Origin: Azolla caroliniana
Lineage: Eukaryota > Plantae > Polypodiophyta
Reading direction: 5' to 3'
Length of the DNA stretch: 64,000 nucleotides
Assembly: GCA_043228905.1 (NCBI GenBank)
Contig: JBHGNT010000012.1
Span: 6,200,001-6,264,000 of the forward strand
Below the pieces are notes generated by a model. The model had not been told where the DNA came from, did no database searches, and saw only the letters and a program-made list of their open reading frames with translations. The translations under genes and the position numbers were made by a program. This document shows positions 13,400 to 26,800 of this stretch, in pieces. Every line of letters starts with the position of its first letter. The stretch's first letter is position 1.

Positions 13400-15900
13400 A
13401 TATTCTATTCCTTGTGATTGTGGCTTGTGGAAAGAATAACATTAAATGTGTAACAAAACTGAATGTTCGTCCCTATTATCTTGATATTTTCAAACAACTG
13501 TTCTTGTTTAGGACTTTTATGGTGTCTCTTTGCATCTCTTTCCTATTGGTCGTTTGTATCAAGCTATTGTTGACAGAATGTGGATTGCGTTTCGTCCTAC
13601 CATCCACCTTCCTCAAGATGATTTAGAACTAGAATAAATTCCTTTATTATAATTCAACAATCGCTTTGTTAAAGATGATATATGGATACAAACAAGTTTT
13701 TGAGGGCAACTATATTCTCTTCTAGGTGAGAAACGTAGGGAAGTGATAACGAATTTGTCGAGCTCCGTAAAGCCCAAGGAAGGTAAAACATGTGTCATAT
13801 AAACTTGTGCACCAACACAAGTATACGTTTTTGGAGTACCTGTTGTCATGATATGGTGTGATCACATGAAGAAAAGCATCAAAACTCGAGGTTTATGAAA
13901 GGTTAAAGAATCACTGAAGGAATGACTAGAAGGATATGTAAAAAATAAGGGAACACAAAGACATAACGTAATTGGCAAGAGATTTCTTTCAAAATGTTAA
14001 GGTGAAAGGTTTGAATCTGGTTTAGAACACAGAAAGAATATATGGACTTCGATGGCTTAAACAAAAGCAATGTGAATGGTTGATCAATATTTTGCTCATA
14101 CCAAGAGTTGTGGAAAATAAGTATAGATGGATGCAAAAGGGGAATGGGGAAAAACGAGGTGCATGCTAAAATAGTTTGTTGGGATGTTGCACCGAAACCG
14201 AAGCTCTATATTCAAATCATATAAATTTCCATCTCATCTATTTGGTCGAAAATAATCCTTATAAGTATTACATTATCATATCATATCAAAGGTTCGAGAA
14301 CTAAATTTGCTACAACCAAGATAATATCTTGACTTTGTTACAACTTTGGAGATGAGATGGAAATTTATATGATTTGGAGAGATATCTCTGAACTAAATTG
14401 GAGAGATTTACAACTTTGTCCATTTATTTCCTTTAGATGTCCGAAAATTTATCAGCATCGCAAACACTTATTTATGTATTCATTACATATTGAAGACATT
14501 TATGCAAGTTTAATGAGACTAAGGTTTTTCTTTTTCCAAAGCCAAAAATACTGAATTAAATGGCAAAGTGCAAGAGGGGGACATATTACTAAGTGTTAGA
14601 TATGCTATCCTTGCAAAGGTTCATTACCCTATGACAATCTTGTAAGCTTCTTTAAAAGAAAAATATCAATTCCAAGGTTTGTGATAGTATTCGTCTTAGA
14701 ATAAGGACTATGTATAAATTTGGATCTTTACAAGTCAAGGTTGTTCTCTAGCATGGGTGGGGTTATATTTTAGGGTCCTTGTAAGATTTCATTGGATATG
14801 GTACAATTCTTTGTGTTAGAAATAGTATTTTAAAGCATTTCTACTTAAAGGGCATGCAAACTATATTAAATGGGTGTATTTTATGTCAAGTTGGCCTCTA
14901 CTAGCTTCAATATGTTTGAGATGGGAGTATCTTCAACGGTAAGCTTAAGAATGCAAAGTAAATGTGTTCATTGCTTGCTTAATGGTTTTCCAAATCACAA
15001 TTACAAAAAAATAATTGATAAGAGAAGAAGCGGAGAAAGTTTTCATTTGATACTTGAGAGCTTACACTATCCAAATATCGACAACCTATTTCGTTATAAT
15101 ATAATGTTTGTGACTTGTGCATATGTATCATTAAAATCCTATTTACTATGCAAAAGATGATGTCATTTCTAACAATGGCAAATGGTATTCTTAACTGGTA
15201 CACTATAGTTAGCACTTATTGATGTGCTTATAGTGGATGTAATGAAGATGTGGAGTGCTAATGGCAAGACCTCTTGCTTTGTGGAGGTTAGGTGGGAGGT
15301 GAGAACTCCACAATGATAAAAACAAGAATAATTGCATGCAATGTTGAACGTGGCACACGTTTCACACTGTAATCATGTATCGTCAATATATTAGTTACAT
15401 CTTGCCCTGCCCCATCAAAATTGAGGACAATCAAGATCATATCATCATAACTACCACCTTTCACTATCTTTTGATCATTGGCTCCAACTCGATTGACTTG
15501 ACTGCTAATATAATCATACATGGATAGAAGCGTGTAGCGATGTCTTGTATTCGAAGGTTTAAAGTGCTTGCTTTTCTTTTGGCAAAAGTGGGTAGATTTT
15601 TTTTCAAGCCAAAAAAAAGCAATTTAAAGGTAATGATTTCCATAGAATAGTTTGACTATCAGTACTCTTTCTACATACTAGTAAACAATCATACTTTGAC
15701 CCATTTCTAGGAAGTACAGAATACCATGTTACCATGATAGTTTTTTAAGCAATCAAGTAATTCTTATGCAAGAGATACTCGCACACTAAGGAGAAGTGGT
15801 TCAACTAAAAAGTGAACTTAATGAGGTCCAACCAACATTTTCACAAGTAGAGGTGCAAGTAGAGGTTAAACTAACATTGGCCCTAATTGAGGTTTGTAAA
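13400..15900. mobile_element. Highly decayed Gypsy-like remnants
   Basis: Only faint motif echoes, e.g. LGFTELDKFV resembling LGFTGYYRKFV (minus, ~13750-13780). No boundaries resolved. Confidence 0.25.
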
Positions 15901-16210
15901 GGAACAATAGAAGGAGGATTTGGTGCAAATAATGCAATAACATGCGTCCATGATGGAGTGCACACAAATTAATAAGTTTTGAGATAATAACAAAGAATTC
16001 AAAGGAACAAGTTGGATAATGGACGAAAATGTTTCTATGCAACAGAAACAATGAGGACTCCTAACATGGTGTTTGTGTTTAAGAACCTTTTCATATCATG
16101 ATTGTTTTTGTATCTATAAAGCATGATTGGACATTAAATAATTGTGATGTGTGGTCTAATATTGTTAATATCTTAATAATGTGTTTATGTGGTCACTGTG
16201 ATGGCCATCA

Positions 16211-16551
16211 TGTGATGGCAAGGCTCAAACCTGTAACTTATGTGTATATATACCAAGGACTTAACATTAGCTTATCCAATACACATATTTATTGCATTGT
16301 AATATAATATCATAATCAGTAGAATCCTAGAACTTCCTAGACCTTCCCAAAACATTCTTCCAAGAACTTTTAGGAAGTTTTGGGATGTTCTAGGAAGGTG
16401 TAGGGAGTCTAGAATGTTCTAGGATTCTATCGATTATGATATATTATGGTATTATATTACAAAAAGTAATAAATATATGTATCGAATAGCTTCATGGTTA
16501 AGTCCTTGGCATGTATACACATATGTTAGAAGTTTGAGCCTTGTCATCACA
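16211..16551. repeat. 341-bp foldback element (MITE-like or palindromic solo LTR)
   Basis: TGTGATGGCAAGGCTCAAAC... at 16211 pairs with ...GTTTGAGCCTTGTCATCACA at 16551. Imperfect arms extend ~140 bp or more. TG...CA ends; TSD unclear. Confidence 0.75.
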
Positions 16552-17044
16552 CAACCCGCCAAGAGGGGATTAGACAAATCCTTGGGAGTGTAAAACTCCA
16601 AGGTATGACTTAGCTTTATCCCTTCGGGAAAACTTGGTTCAATAACACATCATTGGGTGGTGTGCCCCTCATCCCATAAACTCTCTCTCTCTCACCTCTC
16701 TTAGGAACGTTCACTTACTAACAAGCTCTCTAATACCCTAATGGGATTTAGTGCTAGATACACACGTTAGTAAAGACAAGAAACGATATTAAGAGTGTGA
16801 GAAATAACACCACCTCGATCAATGTAAACACACACAACACATACAAAAAGGGGAGTGTTAGTCATTGAAATCAGACTTGAGGGTGTCCTTGCTATGTTTA
16901 CACTTGTAAAAGATTACATACGGAAGCGTTATGTTAAGCACAGAATACACAGTCGACTCCGAAAACACAATAGTTAGGTATATGTAGAGATTAGAGATAC
17001 ACAGTGAGAGAGAGGTAGAGTGAGAGCAGACAACAAAAACATCT

Positions 17045-17137
17045 TGTAAAAAGTAACGTGCGGAAGCAAGTATGAAGACCGAACAGAAGGAAGAAAACTC
17101 AGGTTTAATGGAGAGCTTGAGCTTATGCAGTATACGC

Positions 17138-17184
<47 letters not shown>

Positions 17185-20100
17185 CAAGAACTATATTCAA
17201 AAAGGTACTCAATCTCTATTCACCACACTCTATACATATGTATGTTCAATGAACACTTTTATACAAGTCCTAGAAGGACTGACCGAAGTACTGACAGTAC
17301 TTCAATGCTCATTAAGGGCTCCTACACTAACTCCCAAATATATTCCTCACGGAATATCTTTCCTAACGGCCTCCCGGTTTACGCACCGATCCGGCCCTAC
17401 CTATGCACCGGTCTGCGTACCGGTTTACGCATTCGGCCTAACTGATCGGTCCCAACCGATCCGGTTCTCGGCTTCTTCAGCCGATCCGGCCGATGTTGAG
17501 CTTGTCTCTGAACACTCCCCCTCAAGCTCAACTTGAGGCTCTTCGGGATCTTCGGGTTCACAGCTCCAGTTCCTCCTGGCTTCACGCCTTGTTCGCGCTC
17601 CACGACCTGTTCGACTCCGCGCGCTTCGACCCTTCCGGTCGGCTTGTCTGCTCATGTGGCCCTTATCAACTCTTTTGCTGTTGCGGTGTTGACGCTTCTT
17701 TTGCTGCCATTTCTTCCGCTTGGGCCTCGGTTGATTCAGTGTATCTGAATCAAACATCCGAACCGACTCGGCTACCTTTGATCGGTTTTCGCTCTCGTTC
17801 GAGTTGGCTGTCTCCAACTTGTCTTCGGTCTTCTCGCCCTCGATGGCGTCATCTTCCCCATGCATGGTTGCCTTTGGCTCTCTCCTTCGGCTGCTTCCCT
17901 TCTGTCCGCTTCCGAACTTTTCCGCGGGTCCGCCCTCGACTTCTTCAGCCGATCCGAAGTCGAACTCGACAACCGAGTCAACCGACTCGGTGGTGTCGCG
18001 GTCTCCGCTCCTTTCCTGCTGCCTTGCTTGGTCGTTCGGGACTGTTCTCCCCCTCAAGTTTGGCACATCGAGGTGACGCAATCCGAGCGCACCTGAGAAT
18101 TGCCGCAACTTGTCTAGACCAAGAGGCTTGGTGAAGATGTCGGCAGTCTGCCGATCCGTCGGAACGTACTGAAGTTCGACTTCACCGGATAGGACACGCT
18201 CACGGACGAAATGGTAGTGCACCTCAATGTGCTTGGTCCGTGCGTGAAAAACGGGGTTTTTCGCGAGCTGGATGCTGCTGAGGTTGTCGCAGTAGATCAT
18301 CATCCGATATGACACCTCCTCTTGCAGGTCCTTAAGTAGCCGCTTCAACCATATGGCTTCGCATGTCGCGACAACCGCTCCTTGGTACTCAGCTTCGGTG
18401 CTCGACAGTGCAACTGTCGGCTGCTTCTTACTCCTCCACGCGATCGCGACACTCCCGACGGAGAACGCGTATCCGGACGTGGATCGGCGATCGGCGGCGT
18501 TGCCAGCCCAATCAGCATCGGTGTAGCCGACTAACTGTGCGGCTGCACCAGTCCGATATAGCAGTCCCCGGTCCTTAGTGCCGTTGACATACCGAAGTAT
18601 GCGTTGCGCACACTGGAGGTGCTCCTCGGTAGGTCGCGCCATGAACTGACTGATCACTCCGACCGGATAACTGAGGTCGGGTCGGGTGATGGTCAAGTAT
18701 ATGAGGCTTCCGACAATTTGTCGGAACCTCGTCGGGTCGCATACCTTTCCCGTATTGGGACGAAGCTTGACGGTTTTGTCTAGAGGAGTCGAGACGGACT
18801 TACAGTCGGCCATCCCGAATTTGAAGAGCATACTAAGCACGTAATGACGTTGGCTGATTAATATGCCTTCGGGGGTACGGATCACTTCGATCCCGAGGAA
18901 GTAATGAAGGTCCCCCAGATCCTTCATGTCGAATGATGCCGCAAGTTGGAGCTTCACGCGGTCGATTTCACCTAGGTCGGCGCCGGTGATGACCAAGTCA
19001 TCAACATATAGTAAAATACTAACTGGTCCAAGTCGACCTTTCCGGATGAACAGGGAAGAGTCCGATTTTGACGCGACGAAGCCCATCCGACGCAGTTGTT
19101 GCGTGATCTTCGCGTTCCAGGAACGCGGGGCTTGCTTCAGTCCGTAAAGGGACTTCTCCAGTTGGCATACTACCGAGGAGTTCGTTCCAGAGTGAAATCC
19201 GGGGGGCTGTACCATGTACACCTGTTCCTCAAGGTCACCTTGCAGGAACGCATTCTTTACATCCATCTGATGTAAGTGCCACCCCTTCACCGCAACTACT
19301 ACGAGCAAAACACGGACGATCATCATTTTCGCGACCGACGCAAATGTCTCATCGTAGTCGATGCCGTGTTTCTTCGCGTAGCCCTTTGCCACTAGCCGAG
19401 CCTTGTACCGGTTGACCGAGCCATCGGTGTTGTACTTGACCTTGTACACCCACCTACACCCGATCGGTTTTACCCCTGTTGGTGCGTCAACCAGGTCCCA
19501 TGTCTCGTTCTCCGCCAATGCGTGCATCTCTTCCTCCATCGCGGCACGCCAATTCGCGTCTTTAGCCGCTTCTGCGTAGCTCTCCGGCTCACGCACTTCC
19601 GCTACACGGGTCATGTACGCATAATGATGCGCCATGTACTCGTTGTATCCGAATCGCAAAACAGGGTTCTTCTGGCGGGTAGATCGACATAATCTCACAT
19701 TAGCCGATGTCGAGGTCTTCTCGGTCGACGCAGACTTCACCTTTAAAGACCCGTCACCGGTTCCCTCGGAGTCGGACTCGCGTCTGTCTGACTTGTTCCT
19801 ATCCGTGCCGGAATCCGACACCTTCTTCTTTCCTTTCTCTTTGTGCGTAAGCCGTTTCCTCGGCTTCCTGCGTGGGGAATGCATGGCCGAGTCTCCACTA
19901 CTCGCCGGCTCTTCATCGAACTGATCGTACCGACTCAGTCGTCCAATCGGTCCACTTAAACGGAGTGAAATCAGACTCTCTTCGCGGGTCTCGATTTCGG
20001 GCTCATCCGGAGGCATCTTGGCCTCTCTGACCTCATCGTCAGAGCTCGGATTGGAGTCGGGGTTCAGTGTCGGGGGCTGGTACCCGGACGAGGACTTGTC

Positions 20101-22522
20101 AAACACAACGTCACGGCTGACACGCGCTTGTTTGGTGCGAGGGTTATAGCACTTATAACCCTTCTGCTCGTCCGAGTAACCGACCAAGATGCATTTCTCG
20201 GCCTTTGCATCCAACTTCCTCCTTTTCTCCTTCGGTACATGCATATACGCAATGCTACCGAACACCCTCAAGTGTCGCAAGTTCGGCTTCGTTCCGAAAT
20301 ATAGCTCATGCGCCGACACTTTGTCTTCGATCTGGTTCTGGATGTATACTGCGGTCCTTACCACCTCGGCCCAGTAGAACTTGGGCAACCTCTTCTCCTC
20401 CAGCATTGTCCGTGCCGCTTCCACAACTGACCGATTCTTCCTCTCGGCCACGCCGTTCTGCTCCGGCGTGTATCTACAACTGAATTCACGCCGAATTCCC
20501 ATTTGTTGTAGATATCCGTTGAATTGACCAGAAAAATACTCTTTCCCACCATCTGACCGCAGGCACTTGATCCTTCGTCCCGTTTCCGTTTCCACGAACC
20601 CTTTGAGGTTCCAGAAACAGTCGAAGACTTCGCTCTTCCTCTCAATGAGGTAGATCCACGTGTGCCGCGTGTGGTCGTCGATGAAGGAGACAAAATATCG
20701 GCTCCCGCCAAGACTAACGTTTTGTTTCGGCCCCCATACATCGGAGTGTATAAGGTCGAGCTTGTTCCGGCTCCGGTTTCGCTCGTTTGGGAAAGGAAGT
20801 CGGTGTTGCATCCCGAACTAGCAGGCTTCACAAATTTGTGCCTTTCGGCCACTAAGTTTGGGCAATCCGAACACTACCTGTTTCGATTGCAGGTCTTGAA
20901 GCCGCTGGTAGTTGACGTGGCCTATCCGCTTGTGCCACAAGTCGATGTCCGACTCAGATTTTTGTCCCTTCGCGAACATTGCGGTGCCGCCGTCAGTGGA
21001 ATCGAGGATGAACATCCTCCCGTCTCTGCGCCCTTGCGCAATCACATGGCCTTCTTTCTCAATGAAGCACCCGAGGTGTGTAAACCGAACCTCCATCCCT
21101 TGGTCGACGATCTGTTCGACCGAGACCAAGTTCTTCGTGATTGTCGGAACCTGCAACACGTTCATGAGTTTCCCTTTCTGCCCGACATGGCTAAGGGGGA
21201 CTTCTCCGACATTCGCGATCGGATGCGGAGTGTCGTCTCCAGTTGCGACTACTCCAGGTTGTATCGGTTTTTCAAGGTACGAGAACCACTCCTTATGGCT
21301 CGTCATGTGGTTTGACGCACCGGAGTCTACGTACCACACCTCGTCCGATCTCGGGGTGGTTCATTTCATTGAGTTTGCTTCGTGTCTCGTCACAAAGGCA
21401 GACCCTTCTCCGGCTCTCCCGAAGTCTTCGGCGTAGTGCGATCGCTGCCGATTTCCCTTGTGGGTATGTCCGGAGCCGTTTCCGTTTCCGGTTCTCTCCG
21501 AATCGGCGCGCTTCTTCTAGCACTCACTTTCCCTGTGGCCTTTCTTGCCACAGTACCAGCACTCCGCGATGGCCTTCCTTTGCCGGTTCTCATTGCTTCG
21601 ACTCCCCCTGTTTCCAGAGGGTCCGGAGTTGCTGTCGGCATCACTTTGGTGCCTTCTTCCTTGATCTCGTCGGCTGCCTCCATTGTGCGCCGACTCGCCT
21701 CGTCCTCCACGTCCACAGGGCATGTCTCCCTCTGTGTACAACATTCTGCTGTCGGTGTGCGTGCTTGTAGACGCACCCGCGTGGTTCTCCTCTACGAGGA
21801 GCATTGACTGTAAGTCGAAAAAGGACGACGTATTCTCCCGGGTACACACAACCGTTCGGAATGCTCCGAACTTCGACGCCAAACCTTCGAGACAGATCTG
21901 GACCATCTCGCTCTCCTAGATATTCACCTCTATGGAGGCGAGGGAGTCGCAGATATCCTTGATCTTCGAGGTATAGTCAGCCACCGACAAGTCGCGTTGT
22001 CGTAGGTTGCTCAACTCCTGTCGGAGCTGAAGCTTCCTGGATGTGGTGCTCGCGGCGAAAATCTTCTTCAGATTTTCCCACGCACCCTTTGGCGTCTTTG
22101 CATCCTGAACATAGCTCAAGAGCTGTTCGCCCACACACGATGCGAAGCAGTATAATACCCTGCTCGCCGATTGCTCCCACGACGGGAAGTCTTTGTGTGT
22201 CGATTCGGGTGCTGCGTCATTAGCTCCTTCGACATAACTCCAGTAGCCGTGCCCGAGCAGGTACTGGTGCATCTTGTAGGACCAAGACACGTAGTTGGTT
22301 CTATCAAGCTTCTCTGTTGGAAGCGAGCTTGCCATGCCTCTATCCATCGTTCTTCTTGTTCTTCTTCGTCAAGCTGTGTCGGCTGCAGAGAGGTTCTCAA
22401 CCCTCGCGCTCTGATACCATGTAAAAAGTAACGTGCGGAAGCAAGTATGAAGACCAAACAGAAGGAAGAAAACTCAGGTTTAATGGAGAGCTTGAGCTTA
22501 CGCAGTATACGCGGGAGAGACA

Positions 22523-22579
<57 letters not shown>

Positions 22580-22909
22580 CAAGAACTATATTCAAAAAGG
22601 TACTCAATCTCTATTCACCACACTCTATACATATGTATGTTCAATGAACACTTTTATACAAGTCCTAGAAGGACTGACCGAAGTACTGACAGTACTTCAA
22701 TGCTCATTAAGGGCTCCTACACTAACTCCCAAATATATTCCTCACGGAATATCTTTCCTAACGGCCTCCCGGTTTACGCACCGATCCGGCCCTACCTACG
22801 CACCGGTCTGCGTACCGGTTTACGCATTCGGCCTAACTGATCGGTCCCAACCGATCCGGTCCTCGGCTTCTTCAGCCGATCCGGCCGATGTTGAGCTTGT
22901 CTCTCAACA
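17045..22909 (-). mobile_element. Full-length Ty1/copia retrotransposon (copia A)
   Basis: LTRs 17045-17514 and 22420-22909 (TG..CA; ~5 substitutions plus GA-repeat length). TSD CATCT (17040-44 and 22910-14). iMet PBS 22408-22419. PPT 17515-17525. Confidence 0.97.
17515..22347 (-). pseudogene. Copia gag-pol polyprotein (stops/frameshift)
   Basis: Gag start MDRGMASS, CCHC knuckle CWYCGKKGHRESEC, protease WYVDSGAS, integrase HSDVWGP/SDGGKEY/QNGVAER, RT LYVDDL, RNase H YTDADWAG/YCDN. Premature stops near 21916 and 20818. Confidence 0.93.
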
Positions 22910-23289
22910 CATCTATTAGCAAAATTCTCTGTACATACAATGTGCTTAGTGAACACTCTTTATACTAGTCCTCAAAAGGACTAGCAAGTACTTGACTACT
23001 CATAAATGAGCTATTGACACTAACTCCCAAAAATATTCCTTCGTGGAATATCGGTCCAAATGGCCGGAAGGCTCCCGCCGATCCGGCCTAGTGGATCGAT
23101 CTCCATCTGAGATCCCGCTCCCAAATTCTTCATCCAGTTCGGGCCTAACCGAACATCGGTTTCCACCCGATCCATTTCTCGGCTTCTTCAACCGATCTGG
23201 CCCAAGGTGAGCTCGCTCGCTCGCTCAACACTCCCCCTCAAGCTTAACTTGAGGTTCTTTGTCAGCTCTAGGTGGTCCACCACTCTAAC

Positions 23290-23822
23290 TGTCATAGACA
23301 TATGCCACACAGAGGAAGGTAGGGATTGAACCCAAAACCTCATGGTCTCTATTGGGCAACCCTACCAATTAAGCTGCACATGTATCCTTGTACCAAATAA
23401 AACTTCAACAGTGGAATCTTGCATCCTCATTTCTAGCTTGCACACATTCTCCAACTATCATAGACATATGCCACACAGAGGAAGGTAGGGATTGAACCCA
23501 AAACCTCATGGTCTCTATTGGGCAACCCTACCAATTAAGCTGCACATGCATCCCTGTAGCAAATAAAACTTCAACAATGGAATCTTGCATCCTCATTGCT
23601 AGCTTGCACACATTCTCATGCATTCTCTATTGCATGCATACTCTATTTCTAGCTGGCTTATATAGCCCTACCTTCTTGTATAAATAGTCAGATGCACATT
23701 GATTCTAATCAAGGTAAACAACACCAGTTACGGATTCTATAAGTTGAGTTCTTGTTCTTTTCCTCTAGACTCTTGTTTTCTAATCTTTTCTTTGCTCTGC
23801 TCTATTATAATTGTCCGTGACA
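23290..23822. mobile_element. Solo LTR with a 166-bp tandem duplication and a tRNA-like cassette
   Basis: TGTCATAGAC...GTCCGTGACA, flanked by CTAAC/CCAAC (5-bp TSD). Units 23285-23450 and 23451-23616. Minus-strand A-box CAGCTTAATTGG and B-box GGTTCAATCCC in each unit. Confidence 0.7.
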
Positions 23823-26800
23823 CCAACATCTCTTGGCTTCACGCATCCTAGCTCACACTCCTTAATCCGTCCGGTCCGACGCTTCTCAATCTGCTCGGTT
23901 GGCTTGTCTACTACTAAGGCCTTCATCGGCCTTCTTCTTGCCTTTGCGACTTCGGCGCCCCTTGATCCATCGGCTCTCCTACCTTGGCATCGTCTTTGGC
24001 TGCCTTCTCACACGTCTGGCGTTTATGTGATTAGGCTCTTTTGAATCACTCTCCTCGACCGAATCGGTTGTCTACGATTCGTCTTCTTGCAGAACCTTGA
24101 CCACATCTGACCACGTCATGGTCCTGGCCTTCTTGTTTAGGACGACGCTGTTACGAAGGCGCTCCGGCTCTTCTTTGTGCACATCGGATCGTGATGTGTT
24201 GGATTGTTTAGTGTGATCAAGATAGAAAAGGAATGGGGAAGGAGACTTGCCTCTGTAGCAAACCAAAAGCTTCTATTTCATTATGCAGAGAGAACCTCTC
24301 TCGTCAGTTTTCTGGTTTTTTCTTCTCTATCTCTCTCTCTCTCTCCTACTTCCTACTCACTCTCTTACTTTTTTACCTAAGTATATAAGTGACTTGCATA
24401 TGCAGCTAATTAGTTGTGACTAGCTAAATAGTTGTGAATACTTATATGTCCACTAGTAGCTAATTTCCTTATAGTTACTTTAGAAGATCGTATTTCCCAA
24501 TGAGCATCACATGCTTTTGTTGAGCTTGTTTCTTAATAGGCTTTACCGCATGTCTTGCTTTTCTCAGCTCTAACTTCCCCTTTGTTGGTTGGCTCCGTGT
24601 CCGGCTCGTGCTTTTGGCCACTCCCCTTGCATCCGTCCTCGGCTTCTTCAGCCGTCTTGAAATCGAATTCCACATCTGATTCGGCTCTTCGAAGCTATTC
24701 CACCAAGATCATGGGGCTGATCCGCCTCCGTGTACAACATCTTGCTGTTGGCGTGCATGCTCATCGATGCAACCATGTGACTTTCTTCAACGAGAAGCAT
24801 CGACTGCAACTCGAAGAAGGACAACGTATTCTCTCTCATACAGACCGTTGTTTGGAATGATCCAAATCTAAATGCCAACCCTCTAAGACATACCTACACC
24901 ATTTCATCCTCCTCGACGGTCATGTTGATGGAGCCGAGAGAGTCGTAGATGTCCTTGATCCAAGCTATGTAGTCGGCCATAGACAGATCTTTTTGCCAGA
25001 CATTGCTAAGCTCTTGCCTGAGTTGCAGCTTCCTGGCCATTGTGTTGGCAACGAAAATCCATTTGAGATTCGCCCACGCATCTTTTGGCATCTTGGCGTC
25101 CCGGATGTAGCTGAGTAGATGATATCTGACACTAGAGGAAAAGGAGTACATTACTCTACTTGCCGCTTGTTCCAATGCTGCATCATTCACTCCGTCGACA
25201 TAACTCCAGTATCCTTGACCAAGCAGGTATTGGTGGATCTTGTACGACCAAGTTGCGTAGTTGCTCTTTTGTTGGAAGTGAGCTTCCCAAACATCTGTCC
25301 ATGTTCCTGTCTTTTTTTCTCTGGAAAACGAAAAGCTTGTCTCTATCGTACATTGATATCATGTAAAAGATTACATGCGGAAGCATAATGTTGAGCATAG
25401 AATACACAGTCGATTATGCAAACACAACAGATAGGTATACACAGAGATTGGAGATACACAATCAGAGAGAGACTGAGTGAAAGCAGACAACAAAAACATC
25501 TATTAGCAAAATTCTTTGTACATACAATGTGCTCACTGAGCACTCTTTATACAAGTCCTCAAAAGGATTGGGAACTACTAACAAGTACTTGACTGCTCAT
25601 AAATGAGTTACTGACACTAACTCCCAATAATATTCCTTTGTGGAATATCCATCCTAACAGCCTTCCGGCCCCCACCAATCCGGTGTAGCTGATCGGTGTC
25701 CATCCGATCTGGCTCCTGACTTCTTCAGCCGATCTGGGCCTAACTGATCAGTTTCCATCCAATCCGGTTCTCGGCTTCTTCAGCCGATCCGGCCCAAGTT
25801 GAGCTTGCTTGTTCATCAACACTTGTTACAACATTTGACATATGTGTATGTGTCCTTAAAAAGTGTTGTTCACCTCACTAACAAGCTCTCTAATACCCTA
25901 ATGGGATTTAGTGCTAGATACACACATTAAAGAGTGTGAGAAATAACATCACCTCGATCAATGTAAACACACATGCAACACATACAAAAAGGGGGTTGAT
26001 TAGGGTTTGGTATTGAAATCGGACTTGAGGGTGTGCTTGTTATGTTTGCACTTGTCACATCATTAGACATATGTGTCTGTGTTCTTAAAAAGTGTTGGTC
26101 ACCATAACCTTGCGCAAATGATCAAGTTACAGAAGTGACTTCTAAACTTAAACCTTTTTTGCAAAGTGCTTCTTCTATCACCACAATCACAACATGGTCG
26201 AGTACACACCATTGAAGGAAACCATAATTGCCATGCTTGTAAAGGTTACCTCCTACCATCGTGAATGGTTTGCATAGTTTCATCAATGAATGGTTACCAA
26301 GCTATTACAAAAACAACCACCCTTTTGTTATCATTTGGACAACATTTGAAGCCCATTCATGTACAATGTCTACAACAAAACATGTCGTGTTAGGCACTTT
26401 ATCAACTATACTTGTGGGCCCCTCACCACTAGTGAACTTAGATAAATGGTTTCTCCCTTTCCGTACAATGACCATGAAATTGAATTCTAGGAATGTCATG
26501 ATCCATCTCGAGATTCTTCCCATGGAGCATGTTTTATTCACCAAGTACAAATGGTCTTGGTGGTCCACGTAGAAACAAAAATGGCAAGCGAGAAGATAGA
26601 GTAAAACTTTGTTGAGATATAAGCTCAACATTGGCCGGATCGGCTGTGCAAGCCGAGAATCGGATCGGTTGGGGCAGATCGGTTAGGCTGGACTGGTGCA
26701 TAAACCGTTACGCAAACCGGTGTGTAACGAGAAGCCGTAGTGGTGCGTAAACCGCGAGGCCGTTGGAAAGATATTCCGTGTAGGAATATATTTTGGGAGT

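Larger units (their letters stand above)
16905..25821 (-). mobile_element. Old internally deleted Ty1/copia element (copia B)
   Basis: 5' LTR 25362-25821. 3' LTR 16905-17044 plus 22915-23230, split by copia A. PPT CTCCCCCTCAAG follows 23230. Gag remnants at 24700-25300 are joined directly to the 3' tail; pol is deleted. Confidence 0.8.
16552..26609 (-). mobile_element. Old Gypsy RNaseH/integrase relic (16552-16904 plus 25822-26609), host of later copia insertions
   Basis: YVDHQDHLYLVNK..GRISRWIMTFLEFNF (RNase H end, 26305-26631 ORF) and LW*PTLFK..YV..CDKC (integrase zinc finger, ~26045-26110). A ~250-bp internal tandem duplication is seen at ~16715 and ~25875. Confidence 0.6.

Noticed and set aside
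11000-13400. Short ORFs and possible MITE ends upstream of the laccase
   Set aside because: No protein motifs, and no TIR/TSD pair could be confirmed.
24070-24535. Possible extra LTR fragment inside copia B
   Set aside because: It looks foreign to the copia, but no clear termini or TSD could be established.
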